64,000 nucleotides of DNA from Lingula anatina (taxonomy: Eukaryota; Animalia; Brachiopoda). The notes beneath the pieces are model-generated. The model ran no database searches. It was not told where the DNA came from and worked only from the letters and a program-made list of their open reading frames with translations. The stretch lies in assembly GCA_051362555.1 (NCBI GenBank), contig CM120648.1:9420587-9484586 (forward strand), written 5' to 3'. The first letter of the stretch is position 1; every line of letters begins with the position of its first letter. This document shows positions 1 to 13,624 of this stretch, in pieces. The translations under genes were made by a program, and so were the position numbers.

Positions 1-265
1 TTCCCTTTAAAAAAAGGCGCAACATTTCACATAAGTGGACTATTATTGGTGATATATTTTTTTTATCTTAGGGCAAAGAGGACTGATTTTTTTTTTTATT
101 TTAGTCTCAAATTCTAGTCTCGAGATATTTCGCGAAACCGGTCCGTGGAGAAGTTCTAATCAGTTTACAAAATCACCATCCTCGCCTCAAAACTCAGGGT
201 GCTCGAGCAGGGCCGCTGACATCATTAACAAACACCAGCACTCCCACAACAGGTATATGACGACC

Positions 266-433
266 TGTGTGACAAGAATGGTAGTCCGCCAGGAACCGTA
301 ATCCTTTTCCCATTACTTTGTACAGGTGACATTTGTCTTATATACTAACCCCAATACTCCGACTAACTCTAACCTGTACTAATCACGTGGGACCCCGGAC
401 TTCCATTCCTAGGACTACCATTCCTGTTACACT
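266..433. mobile_element. short MITE (TIR tgtgacaagaatggtagtcc / ggactaccattcctgttaca); reverse-oriented relative of 25561-25747
   Basis: Terminal inverted repeats; internal ctaacc/ggttag motifs shared with the 25.6-kb copy. Confidence 0.6.
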
Positions 434-3400
434 GGGCTGCAGTACCATCACTCGTCATTTAACCCCGCAATGACGTCATCAGGGCTGTCCCCGCGCTGGA
501 AGAGTGCAATAAGGTGACAGGGACGACGTGTCGAGCGCGCGGTATCTAGCGGGGAGCACTAATTCTATGCATGTATGTGACATTAATAGTTTAGATTTCT
601 ATACTTGGAGATGATAAATGGTCGTTATTATGATGAGTCGCTAACCTAGTGCATATTCCTAAAACTTTCGTATGCAGTGTCGGGGTTGGATTAACGACAA
701 AGGAAATAAAAAGTACACTCCAACAGGCTCGATTGAGTAATTTTTTTTCTACAACTTTTGTCTAAATACACTTTTCAAATCTTTCGACTGTTGACGCGCT
801 GAGTGTCTTCAATGAGAAAGAAAGTCAAATTCCATTCATCTCATCTGATATGGCGTTCCAAGGGTCCCGAAGCGTGCTCTTTCCTCACCCGCGCCGACCC
901 AAAATGCCGAGTTTCTGCATAACGCGCGTGAATAACTGCGTCGCCAGGCCAGGCGGATCTCGCTTCTCCTTTGTCTGAGGAAAGTCACGTTCGGAGGCTT
1001 CATCCAATCCTCGTCGCTCAGGTCCTGACGCACGAGCGTCCCGCTTCTCGCTCTGACGCCTGTCGACATTTATGCATGCACAAACATCCGATCATCGTCT
1101 CCGCACGTAGGTGCAAGTGAAATTTATACCGTGCCTGGGAGATTTCCCCAGAGCAACATATAATGATAATACAATTACAGTGTCGCTATTTGTATTTCAG
1201 CATTATTACAGGGCCACGCCCGATGTTTCTTTTTAACTTTTCTAAAAATTAATATAAGAGGAAACAATAAAATTAGAATGTGGAGACGCGATCGACTTTC
1301 TAAAATTGAGAATTTTAAAACGAAAATGAAAACAGTTGAGATGAAAACAACTTGATATACTTCTTAAGTTTCTACGAAAAATTGCCATTTCTTCATATTG
1401 TCATATTGTCATAATCGCCATTTAGTGTCAGTAAAACACGCTCAAAGAGGGAACAGTCGTTTTGTCGGGTAATACGTGACTTTCACGTTACTGCGGCAAA
1501 TTTCCCCAATAAATATGCATCACTGTGGTGGTTGGCGCGTGACGAGCGTTCATTTCTGTCACGGTGCACCGGAAAGTCAGACAATCGTCACGTTTGCGTC
1601 TTCGACCGTAAAGAAACGACGCAGTCCAATTTTTCCCATTAATTAATGGCGTTATTGATATATGCTGGCGTTTTTTGCATGACCCACCTTATGCCATAGT
1701 GATTATCAGTTTTTATTTGCAGTTACTTCACATATATATGTAAAGACAAAACAAGTATTCAGGCACGGTCAGCTCACGGCTCCTATCCTCCAATTCAATA
1801 GCAGCTAACATAAACTGATTTCTGACATAACCGAGCTATTTCGAACAATAAATGCTGCACCTTGCCAATGGGCTAGAGAGTCGGCGAGAACGAGGCATAT
1901 CGTGCTGTAACTCATTATAACATCGAACGGTAAGTTTGGCCCGGTATGAAGGGACCCTCAAGTGCAGATTCCACCGTCGCGCTCTTTCGTCCAGTTATAG
2001 GACGAAAAAGGCATACCCAGGACGCATTTGTGAACCCATAAAAGTAAACTGTCTATTTAAGTCAGTGAAATGCATATAAAGATATATAAACGAGCAATTT
2101 GTGGAAGTCACTTTGACCTGGTATTGATAGTAAAGTGGTTATTGCACGACCCCTCCTCTCCTCCGTCTCTTTTACCCCCCTCGCCTTTCCTTCAGGGGCC
2201 ATTCTTTATAAAATGGCCTAGCCCATTACGACCTATTTGATACATCAACTACGAATTCGTTACAACGAGTTTACGGATAATTTATTTTAAATATCCGCAT
2301 CTTACCTCCTGTTCCTGTGATCTCCATTTCGCGTGAACTCGTTTTCATTCAAATCCACACGTACTTCATATTGGTCATCACTCGGTTTCAATTGACAGAC
2401 ACCTTTTTGCATTAGCATTTCTTTTAACATTATTCTTTTCCCTTTTTTTTGCTATCAACATACATGCATACAACATACAACAACCAACGAAAGTGACGAC
2501 GGCTGATTTTAGGCGTAAACAAAAATCCAAACAAACAACGATATGACCTTCAGATTCCTTTGCTGAGGTTTATCGAAGTGTTTTCTATTCTATTCTTCTA
2601 TTTTTGTTGTTGTTGTTGTTGTTTTTTTATCTTAAAGTCAATCCTATATTAATTAGTATGCACATCAGGACAAACAATGGGTGATTGAAAATGGGGTGGG
2701 GGGGGGGGGGAGGGGTGGTAGTGAACAGGAAATTAAACAAAGGAAATACCACGTTGCTTACTACGGTAATTTTGTATGATGTGCACAAACTGTTGCTGCC
2801 AGGAAAATCGTCAGTTTGTAATAACTAATTGTGACATAAGCAAAGCTAGTAAATCTTAATCAACACTTTAAAATCGTCATACTCCTTAAAACTCCAAATG
2901 TTTCATCGCCAATTTCTCTTTTCAGTTTGATTGATTAAATGTAGCGCAGCTTAAATTTGTCTTCAAATATTTCTGCAGATAAAATGTGCACCGCTACTGC
3001 ACCGATGCTGAAAGGTCGCGACACAGACAAGCTCCGACGTAAACAGTTACCGGCTGCGAGCTCTATCTCCTAAGCGTCCCGCAATGCGTAACATCGGGCG
3101 AACGTGACACACGAAACGTGCGGGCCCGAGGGAGCTCATGATCACTGGTTTATCAAAAATGTCCCCTTTGATATAGGATGGGACAATTTATTAGCATGAA
3201 CGTCATTTGTACTAAAGTTTAATTTGAGTTCGTTGGTTCTTCCTTTTCTTTTTATTTCCTTAAAATGTATGTATATAGAGCTAAACAATAGTATATAGTA
3301 CTACTACTTGAATGATACGGGGTGTTTTATATGCTGTACGTGAATGGATAATCTAGTGAGATAAAACGAGTTCAATGCACGGTTTGGTCATTAAACTATC

Positions 3401-6162
3401 ATAAGCACTGGGCATTATTTTGGCACGTGATTCGTTCAAATATATACTTTGAGGTTTTGTCAAAGCCCCCCTCCCCCCCCCCCCTCTCTCTCTCTCTCTG
3501 TCTCTAGCACGCACGTACACACAGTGCCGTATGCATTATAACCAACAAAAAAAAAAAAAAAAAAAAAAGAACCCAGCCGCTACCACCTAAAACAACGAAG
3601 GAAACGGAGGGCGTCGCACACGCCGTTCAGTTACGGAAGGTGCCCTTCTATTCACCGGCGTCTAATTTATAATGTTTCCTCACTGCCGAAGTTTGACTTG
3701 GACGCAGTAAACTAAAAAAAAAGGATATTCGTCGCAGCAGTTGAAGTATCTACGGAAAGTGCACTTTTGTGGCGGCCATGTTGTCATTGATAAACGTTTG
3801 TGCAACCACATACGGCGCCGTGTTGCCTTAAAACGTTTTTTACAAGAGCTTCCGACTGCTCCCACTGAAAAAACGCCTTCTATACGATTGAATGCATACC
3901 ACCCAAGCCAAAAAGCCTGCTTGCTGGAAATTGCTTCTAATAAATTCTAGAGCCGCCTGCCATAACATTACAAGCAGACCAAAAGCGGATTACGTGAAGA
4001 ATTGTTATGTCATTAAATAATTTTCAGCTTAAAGGTGAGCACTCTCTGAACAATGTAAATGTTTATTTCTGTTTTATTAAGTGGAGAGAAAACACACTTA
4101 AACGTGACATAGTAATACGTTTTCTACACCTTGGGTGACCCACGTACGTTATAACATGATAAATGTATTTTACACTTAACCGAGCACTCAATGTTTCATT
4201 TTGGGGTTTCTCAGCCGCTGTCCCAGAATATTACTATATACGTAGAAATCGATGAAAATGCCATTATCCGTGGGCAGTGTCCATATATCAGTAAGTGCAC
4301 TATTTACACGGAGTCACATACATCTCATATATAATAAATTGTAAATTGAGTTCACGTTTCACTTCAACTAGGCTTGGAAAATACTCAATTTCGCTTAATT
4401 TAAATGCACCTTATTTCCAACCGATCCCTAGTTCTCGTCACATTTTTTGGGTGTGTTTTGATATAATAGTAATATGTTTTAAACCTTATGCCTCAAATTA
4501 CTATTTGTTTTGCTATCAATATATATTTTGAGCTCGCTCATCATGTCCAGTTACTAATAAACTTATCATTTTATGGCAAAATTGTTCTTTTAGTCTAATT
4601 AGTGTAATTCTAGAATAATAATAAACATAATATCAATAAGAGTTTACGATTTTTTCTGATAGTATGTAAATAAATGAAATCGAGAGAGTATATTTGGTGT
4701 CGGTTAATTTATTCCTCGACGCGCTGCATTTTATCTAATCTTCTCCCTCCCATGGTGTCCAATATCCGCGGGAATAACCGGGCAAAAATTTACGGGACTT
4801 AACCGGTTCCGGTCTTATAAACGCATATACATCTCACGGTAGTACTATCCGGCCGGAATCTCCCAGATGGGGTCTTTTAAAAGGGTCTTTTAAAGGCCGG
4901 ATAAGGGCATATCCTTTAGCACAACACTGAACGCGACGGGCCGCACGTGCGAGGTAAGAGGATTACGCGCTGTCTTGTTCCCCCCAGTTGCCCGCCTAGC
5001 TTTGTTACCGGCCAAGCACGGGCGATTATGAGCGGAAAACGTGATTATGAAGATAAATGTTTATTTGCTTTAAGCCCCGTTGTGCCGCCGCGTCCGTTCG
5101 CGCTGTGTGCTTTGAGTTAGTGCGATTTATCGCGGAATAACAGCTTCCACAGAACAATGAAAAGGTGTGGAAATACACGTCGTAGCAGGGCTCTTTCCAC
5201 TGCCACGGTGACGTAATTTCTTCACACCTTTCGACTCAAACATGACCTCATCTTGGCTGTCCAGTTTATATTCTACATCGGATAATTTGAACTTAAATTA
5301 TTATTATTGTTTTCATAATTTCATTATTAGTTATTTAAAATAAAACAGGATATTTTAGCAATTTTGCCCTACGGAAACACCGCCCCTACGTAACACTGCT
5401 GAAGGGACTATTTTGCGAACGTGGTAAGTATTAAGAATGTCCACACACGCCCGCCTCGCTTAATAAAAGACCGCCCCATACCAGGTACACGGCACCTCGC
5501 CATATTTACGTGAAACTCTACCTGTAATGATATCGTGTGGGAAATACATTCAAGCTCGGGAAAACGGTTAACTGGCGGAGGCGGAGAGGCGGCTTTCAGA
5601 AATTGCCGACACCCTAACTAAATAAACGATCGTGGAAGGCAAGACATACCTCTATTTTGCTACGCGATAGGAGAGTGCGTTTTCGCGTCAGGTCTTCCCG
5701 CCCGTATTAACGCTATCGTATTTCATGACATCGACACGCACCGAGAGTAATAATAGGTCCCGAGGCTTGTCGTCGTCGGGTACGGTCTTGATTTTAACCG
5801 TCCGAGGCACCGCCGTAGGTAACCCGTAGCGTGATGCTATCGGTGCTGAACACCATCTTAACTATGGTGAATTGATGTAGGAGGGGACGCCTCTTATGAG
5901 AGTGGTATAGATTACTAGATCATTTCCTTTTCGTAAATGAGAGAGAGAGAGAGAGAGAGATCGTATACTGGTTAATAAAATTTCCAAATGAAGTTAACCC
6001 TCTCTCATGTCTATCTACACAATTTTTTCAGTGTCTCACCAAGATTATAACACCAATATATGAAATTCCAATGGCCTGTATTCAAAATAAACAAACAAAC
6101 AATCACACAAACATTCAAATCGTCATTTGCACTGACGGAACACGTTCGAGCAGTGTACTTAC

Positions 6163-6537
6163 CACGGGTGAACTAATTCGACAGCCTTCACAATCGCACG
6201 TTGACGGGTGCACAGACAAAATACCCTTGGTCAGCAGCAGCTTGATACTCCGTCCCTTGTGTCGGATTGACCTCTTCCAGTCCTTGGCGGTCTCCCTGCC
6301 GCTGATGTACTGAAACTCATTCGGCGTGAGCCAGGTTTCTTGAAAGTAAACACAGGGGCCCTTGCTTCCCTGGCACAGCCGAGAAACGTACATAAGTCCG
6401 CGGTTTTCACCGCATTCAACCTCCAGTAGCATCTCCCCGTCCTTGTAGATAGGCTGAAGGTACTCCTCGAGTTCGGCACGTAGCTCGGGGCCGAAGGAGT
6501 AATTTCCCGAGAAAATATCTCCCCTCCTACTCGACAT
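6163..6537 (-). CDS. SAMD11: first coding exon of SAMD11/Samuel(Moses)-like SAND-domain transcriptional regulator
   Basis: ATG at 6537, 125 codons, GTAAGT donor at 6162 (phase 0). Translation LEVECGENRGLMYVSRLCQGSKGP...WLTPNEFQYISGRETAKDWKRSIRHKG...GILSVHPSTCDCEGCRISSPV has the SAND KDWK motif and matches the SAMD11 N-terminal region as recalled, ending at RISSPV. Downstream exons (SAM domain) not found in the window. Confidence 0.88.
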
Positions 6538-6771
6538 TTTTATCACGTTTTTCTTCCACCTTGTTCTTTACACCTGTCCTCACAGCGGAGCAGCGCTTGT
6601 ATTTCTCGTCTTATTTTTTTTCCTTATAATTTTCTTATAAATTTATTTCGCGTTAAGTCACTCCACCGTGTAGGCGATCTCGCGGCGGCGACCTCACTGA
6701 GCCGATTGCGACGCTTCCTTGTGTGCCCGGCCTAGTGTACAGCGAGAGACGACAGCGCGTGACGCACTCTG

Positions 6772-6784
6772 AGGTCAAAGGTCA
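6772..6784 (+). promoter_or_regulatory. perfect nuclear-receptor DR1 element AGGTCA-A-AGGTCA upstream of the SAMD11-like gene
   Basis: Exact consensus ~235 bp upstream of the ATG in CpG-rich, non-repetitive sequence. Confidence 0.5.
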
Positions 6785-7724
6785 GCATTCCGTCTGGCTC
6801 ACTAAACCAAACAAACCGCGGTATTGTCGTGCCGAGAGGCACGACTGCCGGCCTGAACTTCGCTTTTGATACCCTGCCGCCTCCGTATCCCATTAAATGT
6901 TTCACGCTGCCGGTGAATGACCCCTGCGAGTCAAGCGGAACGAAGGGATAATGAAAGCGATGATGGAGGCCTTGGCTTAGGGCAGTAGGGGGAGTGGAAA
7001 ACTCTCTATATATAATTAAGGACTAGGAGCTGTTTTTTCTCTCTTTTCCTCCACCCAGGCAGTGTTTGACGCACTTCAGCTACCTTTACCTGCATAAATG
7101 TGCTTGGCCGCGCTTAGCTCAACTTTTCTCTGTACGAGCCACTGATAATTGTGGCTCACGTTTTTTACCCGGACACGCCGAGGCTATATGCACTGTTAAA
7201 CTGGAGACGTCGCTGTCGGTGCGGAGCGGCGTCTGGCACGCAGGCAATAGGGTTGGCCGGGCGCGGAGTGGCTCCGTCGGCAGTAAACAGAGAGGTGTGC
7301 GTGCGTGTTTAGAAAGACACGGATATTGATCTTAAAGCGCTCTCGGCAGCAGACGACATGAACGCCGTGCAATGAATCAAGGCGGTAAAAAGCAACATGC
7401 GACATCCTCTGTTTTCTCCTCCCAAGTCAGGAAATAAGTCCATCTCTGTTTATGGCGTCCAAATTACAACGGAAATGAATCTAATGCCGCGTTTCCACTG
7501 AATATGGTCCCACCTAAGTTGAATCCGACCCAGATCAACAGGCGATTGTAAAAACATTAGCCTGTTTATTGGTCTAAACTATTAGTCTTGAATTTAAAGT
7601 ATACCCAAATACAAATTGGTGGCAATCCATTTAAAATGAGATAGCAAGCAAGCAATTTATTCCTCCAATATTGAAACAGACTAGAAAACAGAGACCCCTG
7701 TGCCCAGAGAGCATAATAATCTTA

Positions 7725-7960
7725 GGGGCAATTCCCAATAAAACTGTCACTCTTAGTACATCGGTCCAACTCCGCAATCAGATAAACACGGATTTTCTTG
7801 TTTCCAAAGTATTCATATCATCACCAGCTTTTCTGCATTCTTCTCAACTCCAAGAAGTGAAGTGTAAATCTGTTAATCTGATTGTATTCAGCGAAAGTCC
7901 CCGAGAAGTTGGGTCGATCTACGTAGAACTATTCTTTCATTGGGAATGAGCCCAGGGCAG
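7725..7960. mobile_element. degenerate PIF/Harbinger-type MITE
   Basis: Left end ggggcaattcccaat...atcggtccaact is an imperfect inverse of agttgggtcgat...attgggaatgagccc; related ends at 13130, 27886 and 30471. Confidence 0.5.
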
Positions 7961-8155
7961 AGTCCCCGAGAAGTTGGGTCGATCTACGTAGAACTATTCT
8001 TTCATTGGGAATGAGCCCAGGGCAGAGTCCCCGAGAAGTTGGGTCGATCTACGTAGAACTATTCTTTCATTGGGAATGAGCCCAGGGCAGAGTCCCCGAG
8101 AAGTTGGGTCGATCTACGTAGAACTATTCTTTCATTGGGAATGAGCCCAGGGCAG
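7896..8155. repeat. 4 x 65-bp tandem repeat
   Basis: Unit agtccccgagaagttgggtcgatctacgtagaactattctttcattgggaatgagcccagggcag at 7896, 7961, 8026, 8091. Confidence 0.95.
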
Positions 8156-10450
8156 ACTCTGTTCCTCAACACCGTCCCAAGACAGCCTGCTGGGATGGTT
8201 CGTATTAAGGTACGCCGACACAACTCAAGTGTGAACGCGGCTGAAGGCATTTTTATCAGGCAACGATTAATGAGGAATTTTATCGTCTGGTGCGCAGTGA
8301 GACCTCTTTGTAAGTCCCACCGTGCTTTTTTGTTGAAATCCTTCGTAAATTTATGAGCTTGCAAAGAAACGATATTGGACGCAACACATCGATATGCGGA
8401 ATTATCTGCCTACTCAGCCAACTGAGCCAATGGGTTCAATGCTTTGCGTTTTTTTTTTTTTTTTTTCTTTTTTTTTTTTGAAGGGGACGAATAGGAAAAA
8501 AACGAGAAAAAATGCAATCGCCGAAAGTTTGTCTGCATTTCTTTTGCTTCTTTTTCTTCCACGAATCATAATTACAGTGTAAAAGAGCGGGTATATATTT
8601 CAACTTTCTGCACATACGCTCACACAAATGACTTGTGCATATGCACGTACGTGAATTGTTTTACAGTTAATACACGTGCGTTTACACAAGATATTGGTGC
8701 ATACGCACGTGAATTGATTTACAGTTAATGGGCTACTGTATATGGTGTTGTCGTCTTGTTTACCTCATATGTATTTTACATCCTTTTATGAAAATGACAC
8801 CCCTGTAAAAATACATTTTCCAAAGGTGACATGCAACATTTTCCTTAGCTTAAGTGCAAACTGTGATCTTAGGAAAATAATTTTATCGCGATTTAATGTT
8901 GGTCTTAAAGTGCTAATGTGTTGTAAAGAACACCAAAAAAAATCGTTATTTTGTTCTTTTTCGATCCAAGATCTCACAAGCCGTCTCTTCAAAGACAAGT
9001 CCCTCGATTTGTGTTGACAGATTGCTCAATTAAGGGATATTAGCATTAATCTCTCTTACGTACAGAAAAGGATAGACCTAACAGTTCCTTACTAAATTGT
9101 AAAATATTTACTGTTATCTACGAAAATCTGTGAAAATCTAATTAAGAGGAGTGTTTCCAGCGATTCCAGTGAGACCTAACTATCTTGTCAGAAGAGGAAG
9201 AAGAGACAGAATTCATGATACAGCCCCACTGTTTTGAATAAATAAATAAATATTATTTAAAATAATTTAGAGATACTTTACAATCAGGGCATATTTATTT
9301 AATAGGCCTATAACATAATATATACAGTATACCTGAAAGATACATGGAAACGTTCAGCAGCTTGGTTGTAACACGAGTGTAAAATGTGGGGGAAAATCAT
9401 TCGTCCGTCTGTGGATCAAGGAGTTCATTGCCCTTATTCCGCAAGCCGTGACAGCCTCAGAAGAGCTGGCGGCGTATTCAGTATCAAAATAATCTCGTTT
9501 TGCAATTGATTAGGTTCATAAAACGAGAATGTGGCGTGTTTCAAAACCGAACTCACGATTATATTAGCTGCGGCCAGGGGACGAACACGAGATTGGCTAA
9601 GAGAAAATGGACTGGCTGGAAATACAGAAACTCGGGATGATGGAGAGAATATCGTACACCCAGTACCATCGCCATCAGTAGTGTGAGACATAGGATATAT
9701 TATTCGATAAGTGAAGTAGTGTTTCTAAACATATTTAAGCAAACAGTTATATTTTTCGCCTGTGATGCCAGATCCCAGATGTGATATGATAGTTCTTGAA
9801 AATTCATTCTCCTTAGGATCTCAAAATCTCTCTGAACGCGCTACTACATGTATGGTTAAATGTGCAACGTTACTGTCTATCTATTTTAGTTCAACCTACA
9901 TGTTCAAACAAATGAAAAAAACTTTGCTGGTAATGTAAGTTTAACAACCCCTCTCCTATTTCCTGCGAAAGGCGGTTTTTAAATTGTGATTTAGGTAAAA
10001 TAACCGAATCAAGAGCACGATCAAAATACATTTCTTGGAAAAATTTTAAAGCAAAAATCGTAAGAATACTAATGAGCAATTGGATAAATCAGATTTTTTC
10101 ATCGTTAAACGGTAAACCATTTTTCATTTTTTTTTTTTTTTTTTTTTTTTTTTGCGGTCAGCTACTAATTTTTGCATCCAATGCTCTTCAGCGAAAAAAA
10201 TACAAGGGAATTCTTTGTAATTCATTTCAAATAGTATCATCAGATTCTCTTCTAAGGACAGTTCCCAGACTTAATTCAGTTTTTCTTCGTTGTAAGCAAT
10301 CTTCATCTGGGAGTAATGAAGTAGGCCAAATGACATACGTGAACATGTATCTTTACTCGCACGTGACATATGCGCACACAGACAGACTTCACCTAGGTGG
10401 CTGGCTTTCACCAAATAGAAAACAAAACAATTAGTATTCTGTGGAGAAAA

Positions 10451-10454
<4 letters not shown>

Positions 10455-10520
<66 letters not shown>
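10455..10520. repeat. compound (CT)n(CA)n microsatellite
   Basis: Direct reading. Confidence 0.95.
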
Positions 10521-10523
<3 letters not shown>

Positions 10524-12264
10524 AGAATCTCACTACAGGCAGTGTAAGTGGAAACCGGCCAGCGACTTTTACCGTGCCGAGCCCCGTCTAAACCAGTTCG
10601 TCTGGTCTCGTGCACCGCCGCACGTAGAAGTTCAATGATTTATCGACCTCGCCGCCTCGTGTGTCACTTCATCGCCGTATCGCTCCGTGCAGTCCCTACC
10701 CTCTCCCGACAGCACGTGCTCATTCCCTCGAGAAGATGAGATCAGATATTGCCTCTAATAACAAGGCGCTTGGGTTCCTGTCACGCTATTACCGGGAATT
10801 GAACCCAATCTACATCACTCTTGGCAAAACTAATGCGATTGGGCCAAGATTATCGCTAACTAATAGCGGATCTGAGCGCGAAGGCCTGACGCAAACCTCT
10901 GAACCCCCGTGCAAGGTTATATGGTTTTCAAGTTAAAGGGATTTTGACGAGGACCGGAATTTCACCCCGAGTTTCGAGGTAAAGACTGTGCGCATCACTC
11001 TGGGTTCTAGCGTATTGGCGTGAGGTATCTGTTCTGCCGAACAAGCTATGTCTGATTCTGCCATAGGCCAAGTGTACCTGAATATAGCCTACGACATAAA
11101 AAAGGGCTTTAATAACTACCACAATTAGAGCTTACATATTGAACTATTTATCGTATTGCTCTTTAGGTCGGTAATGAAGCTACTATGGATTAGAAATGTG
11201 TCCGTATATAGAGTCGAAATTTGTCAATTCAAAGGCAGTATGTAAAATTGTTTTGGACAAATATTTTTTCCGTCGTCTGAATTTACCTGATTTACCAAGG
11301 CGGCGTGAGTTGTGCAGCTTCGCTCTCGCTTGGTTTATCTGAAATCTAGTTTATGTCTAGCTACCGTGAGCAACAGCTTGATTGTAGTCTCTCTACAATA
11401 AAGCATGTTGTTTTAGGTTTGACCAAATTCAGAAGTATAAGTTAAAAAAATACAAAAAGTATTAGCAAGATACTAATACTAAATTGTACCCTCTTCCAGA
11501 CGATATATGGACAAACGGAAAACAGAACCAAATGACTGTCTATTTATCTAGAGACATATCTGTGAATATCTGTGAAAAATCAATCTGTCGCCCTGGTAGA
11601 GGGTAAATAAATTGTAAGTATAAACTGTTACGAAAACGGTGTTAGAGGGTTGCGTACATATACAGCTCAGATTGTTATGTCAGTAATAACCGCCTACTTG
11701 CGCCGGATGTCTCTCGGTACTAAAAACAACGTTATTAACGACGAGCGAGGGCAAGAGAGATCGAGATCGAGAAAAAAATCGCTTAGTAAGATGTCAGTGA
11801 GATATAAGAACCAGTGCACGCGTACGCCAACGTTCTTCCTTCCGGCAATCTAGATCTAGATCTGGATCTGTATTGCGGTCTCCGCTGCCGCAGAGTACGT
11901 GCTTCATTAAAGCATCCAACAGCTAGGGCGTGCAGCTGTAGAATAAATAATCTCAAACCCGAACGAAATCACGTGGAGGTTGTTTCTGATGATGGGTATA
12001 TATTAAATAATAAAATATTCTGCAGCATATTTACTATAATCGGAATAAGTTAGAGACAATATTGGTATCTTTTGTATTTAGGGAAATATAATGAGAATAT
12101 TATCCAGGTATTTTTGTTCGGCTTCGTCATCCATTCCCTAATTTCACTTTCACAATGCCATTTCACGTGTATCTTATCAAAATGTACGAGATCATAATTT
12201 TTTCAAATTAATTCACTAAAATACACTCCTTTATTCTTGACCGGTGCCAGTAACGGCTTATTTA

Positions 12265-12484
12265 AACCCCCTTTCACACTGAACGGCGTCCTTTCTGCGT
12301 CCCTTGTGCGACCGTGAAACTGGCATCGCTATGGCCGTAGAAAAGAGGCACAAGCAACGCTTTGGTTGCAGAATGAATGCTCAATTATCGGTCAGTTGTC
12401 GGCACTGAAGTTTTTTTACTCTCTTTACGAGGCTGTACTACGTACTGGACGTAGAAAGGACGCCGCCCAGTGTAAAGGGGGCTT
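12265..12484. mobile_element. ~220-bp MITE (Harbinger-like)
   Basis: TIR ccccctttcacactgaacggcgtcctttctgcgtcc / ggacgtagaaaggacgccgcccagtgtaaaggggg; second copy at 13402-13624. Confidence 0.8.
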
Positions 12485-13092
12485 CAGCGCTTGCCTTCAA
12501 CCACAACCGTGGCATTCAGGACATGTTAACGGAGGTGAGACCGGGCGCGGTCATCCGGAACAAAGAACGGACCCAGGGGCAGAGTGGGACTCACGGGTCA
12601 CCGCGTCTAGCTGGGTTGTCCGGGTTACAGGGCATGGGGGGTCAGGGCGGCCGCCCTACCCGCACACCCTTTCAAAGAAAGCCGAGGCCAGATAAAGATC
12701 GGTGGCGTGCCAAAAGGCTGATTGTTGGTCCCGATGGTTGACGTTTAATTAATTTACGAGCGCTTGTCAGGCTTGCTGGTTGCCGCTTTTAATTTGAGCG
12801 TGCAGCGCTTTTTTTCATCATAGTGCCCTTTTTGTCCCGAACTTTAGATTTTGATAACTGGAAAGTTATCCATTATGTTTCAATGTTATTTCACATTAAA
12901 CCGCGTCATGGTATTACCTCTCGCACTTAAAAGGTATGACCCAATTTTTCTAAAGCAGCCATAAGGCGTTCAGTACAAAATGACCTTTAAAAAGATCTAA
13001 CCGACCTACGTGGAGGTCGTCACAATCAAGTTGAGACGGGCAATGCGACAACCTTGTCACCTCCAACCCAAATGACTGTGAGAGCACTAACC

Positions 13093-13120
13093 CTAGGATC
13101 CAAATTATTTTGGATCCTAG
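13093..13120. mobile_element. 28-bp palindromic micro-element with 7-bp target-site duplication
   Basis: actaacc|ctaggatccaaattattttggatcctag|actaacc. Confidence 0.65.
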
Positions 13121-13401
13121 ACTAACCTTAGGGCTCGTTCCAATAGAAACTATCAGTCTGCGTAGATCGATACAATTCTGAGGGGACTCTTGCTGAGTGC
13201 AATCAGCTTTTAAGCTTCAGTTAAAACTGAATACCATGCCCCCCCCCCCGGCGTTATGTAGAATATAGAAAAGCTGGTGATTTTACGAGTACGTTGGAAA
13301 CAAGAGGAGATGTGTCATTCAGTTAAGCTGATTGCATTCAGCATTATCCTGCCTACGCTCTTGATATACTTCTCTATGAGTTGTACGAGTCCAGGCGCTA
13401 A

Positions 13402-13624
13402 GGGCCCCTTTACACTGGACGGCGTCCTTTCTGCGTCCAGCTGTACGTCCCCATTTGAGCGTTAAAAAATATATAATACTTTACGTGCCGACAATGGCCG
13501 ATCATTTAGCATTCATTCTTATACAAAATCAATGCTCGTGCCTCCTTATCAAGACCACAGCGATGCCAAATTTCATGGTCGCAGAAAGGACGCAGAAAGG
13601 ACGTCGTCCAGTGTAAAGGGGGTA
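13402..13624. mobile_element. ~220-bp MITE, inverted copy of 12265-12484
   Basis: Same TIRs; interior is the reverse complement of the first copy. Confidence 0.8.

Noticed and set aside
836-1069. 77-aa ORF as second exon of the SAMD11-like gene
   Set aside because: No similarity to SAM-family sequence and no convincing splice sites
7896-8155. CRISPR-like array
   Set aside because: Head-to-tail identical units with no unique spacers, no cas genes, eukaryotic context
10072-10739. Cluster of overlapping ORFs
   Set aside because: Generated by poly-T and CT/CA microsatellites
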